64,000 nt of DNA from Carcharhinus longimanus. Its lineage: Eukaryota. The position numbers and the translations under genes are program-made. Below the pieces are notes generated by a model. It worked only from the letters and a program-made list of their open reading frames with translations. It was not told the origin of the DNA and ran no database searches. The DNA lies in assembly GCA_030264375.1 (NCBI GenBank), contig JASCQW010000099.1, forward strand, positions 61,983,550-62,047,549, given 5' to 3'. Positions 1-12,436 of this stretch are shown one piece after another. How positions within the stretch are numbered: the stretch's first letter is position 1; every line of letters begins with the position of its first letter.

Positions 1-128
1 AAGGGTATAGGGCAGAAAGAGGGAAGGGTATAGGGCAGAAAGTGGTAAGGGTATAGGGCAGAAAGTGGGAAGGGTATAGGGCAGAAAGTGGGAAGGGTAT
101 AGGGCAGAAAGAGGGGAGGATATAGGCC
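1..128 (+). repeat. 23-bp G-rich minisatellite, about 5.5 copies, truncated by the window edge
   Basis: Unit AAGGGTATAGGGCAGAAAG(A/T)GG(G/T) starts at 1, 24, 47, 70 and 93. Confidence 0.95.
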
Positions 129-432
129 AACCTGGGCCTAGCAGGCAGACTGGGGTCCCCAGAGCCATTGTTCAAAGCAGGTAACTGAAGTTGAAGAATT
201 TGCTGCTCCTCCAATCGCAGGCCATTCCTCTCTTAAGTTTAATGTTGGCAGACTCACTATGAGCCTATCAGTAACAAACATGAGACAGAAACAGTGTCTG
301 ACTGGAGGAGTAGCAAACACCTATGGTGGTGAGTGTGTGGAGGGCCCCAGGAGAGGAGAGAGGATGGGAGGGGGAAGGTGGGAAGAGTCTGACCACAGCC
401 TCAAATGAGGGGGAAATAAAGAGATTCCTTGC

Positions 433-530
433 GGTTGTGTATGTGAGAGATTGTGTGTGAATATAAAAGTGTGTGAGAGAGTTTTATGTGTGTGTGAGTG
501 AGTGCGAGAGTGTGTGTATGTGAACGTGCG
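433..530. repeat. Degenerate (TG/AG)n microsatellite
   Basis: Interrupted gtgtgt/gagaga runs. Confidence 0.75.
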
Positions 531-624
531 AGCAAGATTCTCTGGCACCGCCCCTCCCCAGCCTCATGTTTCCTGCTGGGGGGAGGTGATGTGTTGTTTG
601 CTAGCAGTGGGATTCTCTGGTCCT

Positions 625-810
625 TTTTTTATTCATTCACGGGACGTGGGTGTCACTGGCTGGCCAGTATTTATTGTCCATCCCTAGTTGCCCTTGAGAA
701 GGTGATGATGAGCTGCCTTCTTGAATTGCTGCAGTCCATGTCCTATGGGTTGACCCACAATGCCGTTAGGGAGGGAATTCCGGATTTTGATCCAGGGACC
801 GCAAAGAAAT
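625..810 (-). mobile_element. L2-like LINE 3' end
   Basis: ttcattcacgggacgtgggtgtcactggctggccag...gcccttgagaagg; the same tail occurs at ~32930, ~52300 and ~55890. Confidence 0.75.
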
Positions 811-1789
811 AAAATATGGCCACTTCACTCTCACGACATGTTTTTTTACTCGGGTTTTTTATGGAAATGCATACTGACCACTGCAAGGAAATGGTCCTAG
901 GGAATGGTACACATTTTAATTAGTTCATCCCTTTTCATCCACCCTTAGTGTGCGAAGAAAGATAAAGGCCGTTTTCATCATACTAGTGGGTTATCTGTGT
1001 GACCAGCCTTCCCCATAGCATGTACACAACTTGTTTGGACATAAAAGATAATCAAAGATGTAGGCCAAGCGATATGACGTTTCTACAAAATCTAGCAAAG
1101 TCATATTGGATGTTGCTTAAAATGCAATGGTATTACTCAGCTGATAATTTTTTTCCCTGCAAAGGTGGATATAGTTGTTTTCAAAATATATATATATAAA
1201 CAACTTGCAGAAATTACCTAGAATTAAATTTGCAGTGAACTTTATTATTTGCAATGTGTGTTGCCTTTGCTTGGGAATAATCACCTTGAAATATCATAAG
1301 TCCTTACTATACTTATGGTCAGTAACCACAACAACCGAATATGTTTCACATTTGTTTGGTTCCACTTCCTATCTGCTGATTAATACGGTTCATCAGCAAT
1401 TTCTTTTGTACTGTGAATGATCAGAGAAAATAGGAAGCCTAAGATTTCTGTCATAATCACTGAAACCTTCAAAAAAAAATTAAGCTTAGATCAAATACTG
1501 AGCCTCCTATTTTAAAATGAATAGGAAAGGTGAATAAAGATCTTGGGCAAGATTTTCTGACTCTACCCGCCGGCGGGGCCAGAGGTCTCACTGAAGGTGA
1601 CCCTCTGTGATGGGTGCCCAGTGGTGAGACACGTGAGCCACACAAAACAGCGTAGACATTGGTGGGATCGGAAAATCCCGCCAGCAGTCAATTGCAAGCT
1701 GCATCTGCTGCCAAAAAAACACGCCCTGGTGTGAGGGTTGAGTTTTAGAAACATAAAACGGTAAAAGATGGAAGGGTAATGTTCTGCTC

Positions 1790-2190
1790 ATTGAGCTTGG
1801 CCAGCTTTTTCGGAAAGCAATCCCATTCGCTCCATCCATTCAGCATATCCCTGCAATCTTGTTTCCTTCAAATAACTTATTTATCTTTTTGAAGGCCACT
1901 ATTGAATATTCCTATCAGGAAGTACATTCCAAATCTTACCCACAGGTTGCTTTATAAAGGGTTTTCCTTATGCCACTATGGTCCTCTTGCCAGTCACCTT
2001 AAATCTGTCTCCTCTGGTCATCACCACTACAGCCATCAGAAACAGTTTTTACTCAGTTACTCGGTCTAAACCTTTCATGGTTTTAAACAAGTCTGACAAA
2101 TCTTCCTGGTTCTAAAGATAAGCCCACTTCCCTAGTCTAACCATGTAAATGTAATTTCTCATCCCTGAAACCATTCTAGTAAAGGTCTCC
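1790..2190 (-). mobile_element. Decayed CR1-type LINE 3' fragment
   Basis: Resembles the reverse complement of the CR1 3' copies at 36790-37497 and 47280-47560. Confidence 0.55.
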
Positions 2191-4779
2191 ATAATCTTCC
2201 TTTCACCATTTCCCTGTAGAGTGGAATCATAATGAATTCTGAAAAAGACGTAAAATCTCCATGACTCAGCAAAAATCTAGGCCCGAGCGTCACCCCAAAG
2301 CTTAGCAGGCACGTATCCTTTGATTTTCTCATCTCTCATTCCCTCTATTGCTTCACTCCCAAAACTTTACCCCACGGGAGCAATGTTGGTGAGAGGTGTG
2401 TTGACCCTACACCTGTTGCACATCCATCTCTTCTATTAGAGGTGGCGTTGTCTCTGGAAAATATGTACAAAATGTAAGGATTACCTTTGGTTTCCACAGT
2501 GTGCAGTAAGACACAGGCATCAGCTTGTCATTCATAATGAGCCTGACAGCAGTTTGTGCACGCCATGCAATATTTTCTGTGCGCAACATTGGTGATGATT
2601 GCATCAAAGGCTGTGAATGAGAAAGCACTTCCGAGTAAAGACTGGGTATTTAAAGACACCACTGTCTCGTGGCTATTGAAGCATTTCAAATGCTTGAACA
2701 CTGTGTAAGGGAAGTTAATCATAACCTATAGGCTGCATATGCTGCAATCGAAGTTGCAACATTTTCCAGCAGATGTTGCAGCATAGTGGGTTCACAAATG
2801 TGTGAATGGAGTTCACATCTATGCTGGAAAGCTTGGGCTCCCAGCTGTCTGCAAAGCTTTGTTCCCAATTGATGCTGGGCTCATGCTCCCTGACATTAAT
2901 CATAGGTTTTAAGGTAGGCATTTCATTGTGCATACACATCAGCCACCTTCTAAATTGGCCCAGTGGTGTCCTCATTTCAGTTTTCTGTAGTAGATCTTTT
3001 GTGTGATCTCACCTTTTGCTGAGCTGTTAAGTGTACTATAGGACATTCATGCTTGGGTCCTTACCATGCCCAGATTCCAGATAAGCTTCTAACAGTTTAA
3101 CATAGCTCTCATTACATACTTGATGGTGAAAAGACCTCACATTCATAAAATGTATTCAAAGTTTTTACATCTTCTCAAATGGTTAATCTGTTATATAAAA
3201 AAAATCTATTCAGTAGTCACATCAAAGAAAACTAACCCTTTAATAGCCTATTTAAGCTGTCAATCAAACTGTGAACTCAGAAAATCTGCCCAGATAATTA
3301 TAGTCTTTGAAATTTATTCACACATTCATAATGATATAATGATACCCTGTGGGAAGAACGTCATCAAAGCGTGCCATTGAAACTGCATGATCAGATGCTA
3401 CTTTTTCTAACCTGCACCTGTCAATCAATGCTGTCAAGGAAAGGTTTTTGTTTAACTCTCATTGACAGTTAAAGCTTGTTTTGCTTAAAGTTTAAAAAGT
3501 GGGGAATTTTTTAAAAAATCAGGTTATGGCAGTTATACCAGTCTTATTAACCCTTCAAGAGTATTTACAACCATTTCATCAATTCATGACTCCAACATGG
3601 TGGGCCTTTGGGACCAGCTAAACTGGAGTCTTTTTGTGTCATAATGGTCCTGCTGAATTCAGATTTCTCTCTTGTGTGAACCATACCCTGTCCCATTTTT
3701 TCCTATCAACAAAAATTGCATCTGTCAGAAATGGGGATAAAGTTTCCACGTTCGGGCCCCACCTGCCGTCCTGAGAATTACTTGTTTATTCTTATTCTCT
3801 ACTTTCTGTCTGTTAATCGATTCATAATCCATACTGGTATATTTCCCCCAGTCCTATGCATTCTAATTGTATTGACTCATCTCCTGTGTGGGTCCCTATT
3901 AAAATATCAAATTCACTTAATTAGTATTTTCAGACTGTGTAAATCTTGCCAGGTCTTGAGAGCTGTTGACTAAATTTTTTCATTTTAAGTTAAATGTTTT
4001 TGACATGATAACAACTGAAATGAAATAATAATTCTGCCAAAAAATTAATTCCTAAGAATCAATTGCAAATCAGCCTTTTCTTCATAGATGTTGAGAAAGG
4101 AAATGGGTTTCTTAAATGTCCATGCCCAAGCCATATTTGATCTAATTGACAGGAAGGTATTGGGTGATCCATGGTTCTCATGACATTGAACAGAAATCAT
4201 TGGCTTTTCTTTTCGAGTCTGGATTAGTATTGCCTATTCTGTTTTTGAGTGGGTTGTCTGGAAAGGTGAGCTCTTTTTCTGATAAAATTTTTTTTTTCTC
4301 TCCAATTATTTGTATCTGATTACATGTTGACACTGGGGAAAGGCAATCAGTTTTATTTGAAATCATCAACAAAGCCACAATTCTGCCCCTCCTTCCCCCC
4401 TTTCTAATCTTGGACTCTGTTAAAAGTGGCATCTTAACCAGTGACTTTATTTTCCGAATGTGCCTTATTATCTGTATCACAGTAAATCTAGTCCCCCAGA
4501 TCTAGAAGGGATTGAAAACTCAACAGTTTATCAGCTGTACTTGGTTAGCTGCATACATTTTGTTTCATTCTTCTGCACTGCAGCTGCATGCCCAACATTC
4601 ACAGATTAATCATTTGGAATGATGGAAAATTACGGAATCATAACAAAACTTGTTTAAGATGAATCTGGCTGAAGATTGGCTGGCTGAGTATATACATATG
4701 GGCTCGGGAGAGCAGAGATCTGACAGCTTCACTTTATATTAAGGGACGTGCTGTTGACTAGAATGTAAATGTCTGTAGT

Positions 4780-5160
4780 TTTGTGAAAAGTAGAGGGTAT
4801 CAAAGTAAACTAATGGACTTCTTTTGACATAGTTATGGAGCTGGTATAGATAAGGAGGAGTAAGGTATTTATTATCAGTAATTATTTGATAGTTAAGATA
4901 GTGCAAAGAGATTGCCAACTGTTATTGAGGTACATGGAAATGTTGGCAATCTCATGGTATGGACAAGAAATTGTTGAGAGATTCGAAGCAGACCAATGGA
5001 GTGCAAGAGGCAGTCTTTAATTGGCAAGGATTGATAGTTGGTTGCACAATGGATTGATCGGTGTCTCAGCGTTGTTTGCAGACACAGGCCTCATTTGCAC
5101 AAAGCTAAGTCTCTACCTTACAATCCCTGTAGAGATTGATGACTTGGAAAATATATTTGA
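4780..5160 (+). mobile_element. Highly decayed CR1 reverse-transcriptase fragment
   Basis: Frameshifted remnants in CR1 RT motif order (GFVK.R..TNLLEFF, HG..G..L.W, RKQ, W, DDL). An endonuclease-like piece (KGGRRGRIVALL) lies on the minus strand near 4370-4420. Confidence 0.45.
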
Positions 5161-7074
5161 ATTTCCATGTGACTGACTGAAAGGGACATGTGTCAAGACT
5201 TCAAATTTGAAGACTTTTACTTAAACAAACCAAAAACAACAATGGAAGCTGTGACATCGGCCAACTCATGTTACATCAGTGCTGGATATTCAAGTACTGC
5301 CTTGGCATTTACCACCGCTTCGACACTAGAAAGGAAGGGCTTCAAACATTGTGCAAAGATCTGTGTCATGTTGCATCTGGACACTCCCATGTCCATTGAT
5401 TAAGACAAGAGGCTGTGTGGAAAACCTGCAATGCACTAAGCATCTCAATGTGCAAGCCCTTGGGGATTGTCCTGTAAGCCACCCCATCAAAGCAAGAGGT
5501 GCCTAACCATAGCACCATTTGCATGTCATGCCATTTGGCATGATGAGGTTGTGGTGAGATTTGAGATCGGGCATAAGATAGGAACAGACTGCCTTTCTGA
5601 ATGATGAGTGATGCCAGATTCAGTGACATAAGTCACAGTTGGCTCCATGATGTGGAGCACCCTCAACTCCAATACAGTCAGGAGATTCAGGTGTACCTGT
5701 CTCCTGCTGGTTCTCCACTGCTCCCTATGGTAATATAACACGTTGTCTTCTAAGAGTGAGGAAGAATGTCATCCAATGAGATGTGATGTGTTTGGTTCAT
5801 GTTCTTGCCACAACTGAACTGCTGGAGGCATGTGGATGCAGTGGGAGATTAGGGACTTAGAATTTTTTTGACAGAATCCCAGTCTGTGTGTGAAAATACA
5901 AAACAAACAAAATCTAACCAGCCAATTTGAACCTGCAAGGTTAGGTTGGCATATCTTGGTGCCATCTGAAGGCTGGCAGGATTGGTTAGTGTGTGAGGGT
6001 GAGGTGGAATCTCTGAATCTTGGGCTTGGGTGCTAGTTGTTATTGGCTCAGTGATGAGTCTGTGGTGCATTGAGCAGTCTGAGATGACGGTGGCCGTCAC
6101 TGACCTTGCCCACCCATGAGAAGTCATTGAACTTGACCCAACACTGCAGCCAATTCTTCAGGGTCAGACTCTGGCCATCTCCAGATGCTGTGGACAGTAC
6201 ATTCCATTTGTCTTTAGTTCCTTTAGGACAGTATAATGGTATTGATAAAATCGTAAAGACACGTGTAATCAGCTGCTTAGGAAATGCTGCACATATTCAT
6301 CTTAGAGTCATGCATATTGTAAAATGGTCAGCTACACTTGGCATGTCCATTTGTTTAATGTGTTGACAAATTAATGTAATTTAACTGAAGGCTACTTGGA
6401 ACTGCTGCAGGAAGTACAAAAATAATATAGTCTTGCAGTGATTTCCCAAGAGTTGACTTATTAGATCTTTACTTCCGTCCTCAAAAATAGATAAATCAAC
6501 AACAAAGAAAACTCTACCAAGTGATTTTGGCAAAGACTAATTTTTCATGTGCATGACTGCATTCCTAATTCTGGCAGCAACATTCCTTTCCATTACTTTT
6601 TCCTTTTAACTTCTAACGTGTTCTTTTCCTCTGACTTTAAATATTTACATTTATTCTTTTGAATGTTTTTTTTCCTTCCTTCCGCTTTAAGAAGATGGAA
6701 CTCCAGATTTCCCCACCTCCTCCCCACCACACATTCAGGAAGCAGACAGATAATCAAACCCCAGGTTTCTACCCCATTGTTTATCCTGGCACCCATGTAA
6801 GAGCGACTCGACTTCACATTCACACTCATACCTCAATTTCACCAACATACAGTTAGCACTGATTCACCAGAAATGGGAATTACGAGTAGCAGTCACATTC
6901 AGAGAAGACTTTAAAAATAGCTGACTGGGGAATGCCATAGTGGTGAAGCAGAGAGTGCTCTTGTGTTGTTGATTTGAATGTGTAATAAGTTTTCTTCAAT
7001 ATCATGCAGCACTTTCAGCGGCCTATAATGCAAGTTTGTCTGTGTATCAAAGAATGATTACAGTTCAGAAACAA

Positions 7075-7232
7075 GCCATTCAGGCCATTGAGTCTGCACT
7101 GACTTTCCCAACAGAGTATCCCACCCAGACCCTATCCTTGTAACCCCATGCATTTGCCCTGCTAATCCCCCTAATCCACACTATAAGGGACAATTTGACA
7201 ATACCAATCCACCTAATCTGCACATCTTTGGG
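7075..7232 (-). mobile_element. HE1-like SINE 3' fragment
   Basis: Matches the core and tail of the fuller copies at 15032 and 52720. Confidence 0.75.
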
Positions 7233-10200
7233 CTGCAGTGTTAGCTGCAGTATCATTTTCTGTTTTGTTATAGGTTTTATCCCTATTTTAACCTCCTGCA
7301 TATTGCTGAGAATATTTACAGGCACCAGTACTTGTGAAGTGGGCTTGTGCAGTTTAAGATTCATGCTTGAAGTTCCCAAGTTTCACCTTCCCAAATATTT
7401 GCAACATCTCCAAACCCTTCAGCTCTCCAGGCTCTGAATTTTCCAGTGGGTACAATGCCAAAGCAGACACTTGAGATGCTGTGGGGTGTTGTTGGTACTA
7501 ACCACCTGATTGTAGATTGCCAATTCCAGGTAAGCTGAGTGCATACATTGGCCAACAATGTACCCCTAAAAATTACAATGCTTGGCACAATATGAATCAT
7601 ATTTATTTTGGTACATCTAACATCAAAATTTATTTTGAAGGTAATGTATGTGGGGAGAACAGCTTTGTTTGGCTGGTCCTGTTCTTTAGATGATGATTGT
7701 ATATAGCATTAGTTTGTGTTCTTCAGACTAAAGATGAGAAAGATCTTCAAGAGGTCAACAGCTGACAGGCTTTTCAAGCAAAAGGCTGGAAATCAGATGG
7801 CACCAAGATATGCCAACCTAACCTTGCAGGTTCAAATTGACTGGTTAGATTTTGTTTGTTTTGTATTTTCACACACAGACTGGGATTCTCTCNNNNNNNN
7901 NNNNNNNNNNNNNNNNNNNNNNNNNNNNNNNNNNNNNNNNNNNNNNNNNNNNNNNNNNNNNNNNNNNNNNNNNNNNNNNNNNNNNNNNNNNNNNNNNNNN
8001 NNNNNNNNNNNNNNNNNNNNNNNNNNNNNNNNNNNNNNNNNNNNNNNNNNNNNNNNNNNNNNNNNNNNNNNNNNNNNNNNNNNNNNNNNNNNNNNNNNNN
8101 NNNNNNNNNNNNNNNNNNNNNNNNNNNNNNNNNNNNNNNNNNNNNNNNNNNNNNNNNNNNNNNNNNNNNNNNNNNNNNNNNNNNNNNNNNNNNNNNNNNN
8201 NNNNNNNNNNNNNNNNNNNNNNNNNNNNNNNNNNNNNNNNNNNNNNNNNNNNNNNNNNNNNNNNNNNNNNNNNNNNNNNNNNNNNNNNNNNNNNNNNNNN
8301 NNNNNNNNNNNNNNNNGGACGACTAGCCTCAATCACCGTTGTCCCTCCCTCTGCCACTGATCCCGAATGCAGAGTGACAATGGACCTCCCCACCCCCAGT
8401 GATCATCCTATATAGGCCCTGCCCCCAACAGGCCCCACTAGTGGGTCCAAAGGCTACAGTTTCGGGACCTTTAATCAGATGGAAATTGCAATTTAAATAT
8501 TGAAATCAGCTCCATGCCAATTTCCAGCACGGAGCTGACGACACTCAAAATCTTGGGCTTGGAGACTCGCTGAGGCCCAGGCACCCAGCAGGAAGCCTGC
8601 AAAATGGCCTGCGGATGTTTCCCGGCCCGTTGGAGATATAAGCACAGAGGGTTTGCTGCTGAACCTGTGGAAGCCAGGCAGTCTGGTGGAACTGCCATGC
8701 AGCAACAATGTAAAACAAGCTTGCAATTCAAGATGTTGAATGGAGATGTATATAGCACTCTGTGAAATGCATGTTTTGATCTTTAAATAACCAGCACTTT
8801 CTTCTCCACATAATGAAAGCTGCTATGCTGAAAGCTGGAGGGCAAACATATTTTATTTATGTTCATGCTTATGTTATGTGTGTTTCGTATCGAGCACTAT
8901 GAGCTCCTGCTTGTTGATTTTTATACTCCTCTGATGGAAGTACTACCGCTGGATAGCAGCATAATCAACCAGACAGCTGCAAGGAGTACAGGTAGCCAAA
9001 TCTGTGACTGATTCTGATGACCTGCCTCATTGCCAAAGACTGTCATAGAATGTTACAGCACAGAAATAGACCAGTCAGCCAAAGCACCACACATTCTCCT
9101 GTTCAATCCCAAAACTGGGATTCAAAGCTGAAAGGGGGTCAGGCCACACTGCAAACCCAGGACAATAGTTTCCAGCAAGGTAAGTATGGNNNNNNNNNNN
9201 NNTGGCCCAGCAATCAGCACCCAATACAGGGTGGATCTAAATGGTTAGCCAAAGGAACACTCCAGATGGAGCCTTTTGAATCACTTACCTACATCTAGAA
9301 TTTTTCTGCTGTCAGTTTCTGCTGATGAACTATAGTCAGGTTTAAAGATGGTCTTGTGGTGTAGCTGTGACATCCTGACCTCTGAGCCAGAAGCTATGGG
9401 TTCTAGTCCCACTCTAGAATTTGATGACCACAGAAGGTGTGTTCATAATGTAGCCAAACCAGTTAATTGTCAATCTGTAAATCCTTCCAATATGCTTAGG
9501 CAGACGGTAAGAGTGAGAGTCCTGGTCGGCCAGAATCATGCATCACAGCAGCCTCGCCACATTAAAACATCCTATGCAGAGGTCACGCAAGGTATTCTAT
9601 GGCAAGGATTCTCCTCGCTTTGAGGGACCACCTGAGAGGGTGACAGTATTTAAAATGGTTTGAAATTTCCTGTGCATAATTGAGGCATTACACTGCCATT
9701 TAAATTAGGTCCCTGCAAATCCCTTGAGAAGGGAAATCTTCCTGTGCGTGAATTCATAATGTGTTTGAGGCAGGAATGTGACTCAAGTGTTTCCCTGATT
9801 TCCAGTTGCCTTTGGGACCAATTTTAAACATGCAGTATAGATGCAAGTTCTTGTTATTGTGTTACTTCCGGGGGGAGTGAACAGAAAGCTAATTCTTTGA
9901 GGAATTTCAATAACTTGCCAAAATTTCATTGAGAAAGGGTAGACCTTGAGAGAATTGAAAACAAAAAGGTGTAACTTGACGTTTAGCATGTTATATGCAC
10001 TCATGCTTATACACACACTGCTTCCTGGCTCAAACTCTTGGCTGTATCAGATGAAAGCTATCTTCAGCAGCTGTACACTTTGCAAAGGCTGAACTGCTTC
10101 TTATTTAAGTTGCAGATCCCAATTGTTGCCTTCAGTCTTGACTTTTTGCCTGGCACTACCTCTTTCCCAATCACCCAACTTCACAAAGGCTATTATTAGG

Positions 10201-10554
10201 CTTTGATTACAAAAAAATCTCATTGAAAATTGAAAAATATTTGCAGCCACTTACCTTAAAGGGTGCACATCTTTTCAGGCATGAACTGCTCACTATATTT
10301 TACACATTTTCCATTAAACCAACTTTGGCCAAAGGGAAATGCTATGCTGGGAACTGATGCCTATATTTCCAAGTAAGCTGACATTAGAATGTTGCCATAG
10401 TCAGCTTTGTGCTTTTGATGCGCTTTGCAAGGATTGCAAAACTGGTACTTATGCCACATTCCCTTTCATTCCCATCATGTATTATATAGTAGCTTTGCTT
10501 TTATAGCCACAAAATGAATGACAAAAGACACAATAAAAGCACACGTAAATTTGT

Positions 10555-12284
10555 GACTTGAAAGTTTTTATGCTTTAATAAGCTAATGGTGTCAAAAATA
10601 CATTACCTCATTAGATTAAATTTTCCCGTACAGAATAAGGTATTAAGAGCCAAGCCATACAGATATTAAATACTTGTAATAAAACCTATGGTTGTTAATA
10701 TTAGAACTGAAACACTGGCGTAATATTTTTAGCAAGATGCTTGCATTGTCTGTTTAATGTTGAGACTGCACCAAACCTATAAAAACCCCAAAGGTTTGCC
10801 TGTGACCCTAAATCTTCAAATGCATTGACATTTTTGGGCCAAAATATCAAATGATTCCTCCACTTCAAATTCATTGTATCCTGACCCCCTTCCTTTGATT
10901 TTAAGAAACTAGTCCACTTCCTTTAAATATTTCCTTCGGGAAAAAAAACCAGTGCTCAAAACTAGTGACACTTGAAGGGTTCCCAGCAATGTAAAAACAA
11001 CTTTATCACTGAAGAATATACGTACTGAGGTCAAACCTTCACGGTCTGTCGTAATTGTGGCCTTGTTGAATATACAGTGGGGATGAAGTATCAGGATATA
11101 ATGTTTCTCATCTGTAGAATGCCCTTATAAAGGGAAATTTGAGCTCAGTGAATAAATCCGAAAAATCAAAGTATGAGACTCCATTGTTTTATGATGATGG
11201 TGAGAATTGACCCTTTTAACCTCCAATTTGCAGTCTTTTGGGAATATTTTGCACCTTTCTTTGTGAAGTTAAATGTAAAATATTTCTTGCAACAGCTAGC
11301 CTCATTTATCATATGTAGAGCATAAAGGTTTGACCTTAATTCAGCAGGGTCCCGCAAACATTCTCGACAAGTCAACAGAATAAAAGAGCTGCGTTATACC
11401 TGACCAAAGAAAAATACAACTAAATATATTTTAAATCTTTTACTTTTTGTGTTTTGATGTATTCTCTTACTGTGCATTGGATATGTAAAATATTCCAGCT
11501 TTTTAATAAAACGTTAATACTAATTTGTTGGCAACTTGCCATTCTCAGGATGCCCCCCCTCCCACCCCCCAAGTTACCACCAACCAGAATACCAACTGAA
11601 TGCAAAACCAGTGCTGAATAATAAAATGACGCTTTAACTTGATTATGTGAATACAATAGAAATCCATTCTGTTTCTGCTACTTGAAGTACCAGTACAAGA
11701 TTAACATCAGAAATCTATAAATCTTTCAAAACTTAATATTTAGTAAATGAACCATCAAAAGGACAAAAAAGCTTATTGAAGCTACAGTGTGCAACTGAAC
11801 AAAATGTCCACCTACAAATATATCTGCTTTCTAATATAAATTTTTAGCCGTTAGTATTTTAATTCACTGATCATCTGTAGGAAAAATAGTGGAACATTTT
11901 AATTGTCTCATTTAAAAAATTAAGTGCATTTCTTATGAAACACATGAAAATAGCTGCTTTTTAATTGAAAGTAGAATAAGTTGAGAATTAAGAAAGAATG
12001 TCATAATGCTACAGGAAAAGAATAACTGAGAACCTTTTCTCAAAATGAAGGATGTTTTAGTTGAAAATCGAGAAAGATTAGATTTAGCAGGTGTGATGTT
12101 ATAATGGCATGAATAATAGAACACACAGGTTAATCTGAGAAAGGTCATTATGTAAAGATGTGGACAAGTTGAACATTAAGCGATTCTTTAAACTACATGT
12201 CAATAATAGACTACTCACAAAATATATCTTTAGAAACTGAAGTAGTTATCACAGTTCAGGCTAGTGGTTTATTGCAGAACCATT
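10555..12284 (-). other. EPAS1: Probable EPAS1 3'UTR (~1.7 kb)
   Basis: AT-rich sequence with no recognised repeats after the stop, ending at a poly(A)-like signal. The endpoint is inferred. Confidence 0.55.
10574..10579 (-). terminator. Candidate distal poly(A) signal ATTAAA
   Basis: Minus strand reads TTATTAAAGCATAAAAAC, followed about 30 nt later by GU/U-rich GTGTGCTTTTATTGTGTCTTTTGT. Confidence 0.5.
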
Positions 12285-12436
12285 TTAAGTTGCTTGGTCG
12301 AGCGCTCTAAGCAATTCACGTCCATGCAGAAGTGTTGAGCTCCCCATTACAGGTGCATTTACTTCACAGTCATATCTTGTCAGCTCCGGCAAGGAATAAG
12401 CCAGAAATGATGAACCCAAAAGTCGGCTTGCCATTC
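12285..12436 (-). CDS. EPAS1: EPAS1 terminal coding exon (C-TAD with FIH asparagine); not in the ORF track
   Basis: ttgcag|GA ATG GCA...ACT TAA. Encodes [50 protein letters not shown]. Confidence 0.97.

Noticed and set aside
6593-6829. Lys-rich ORF containing NLEFHLLKAE, considered as TMEM247
   Set aside because: Similarity is negligible; the ORF reflects a T-rich low-complexity tract.
10555-12284. Individual miRNA seed matches and AUUUA pentamers in the 3'UTR
   Set aside because: Expected by chance in AT-rich sequence; cannot be supported without conservation data.
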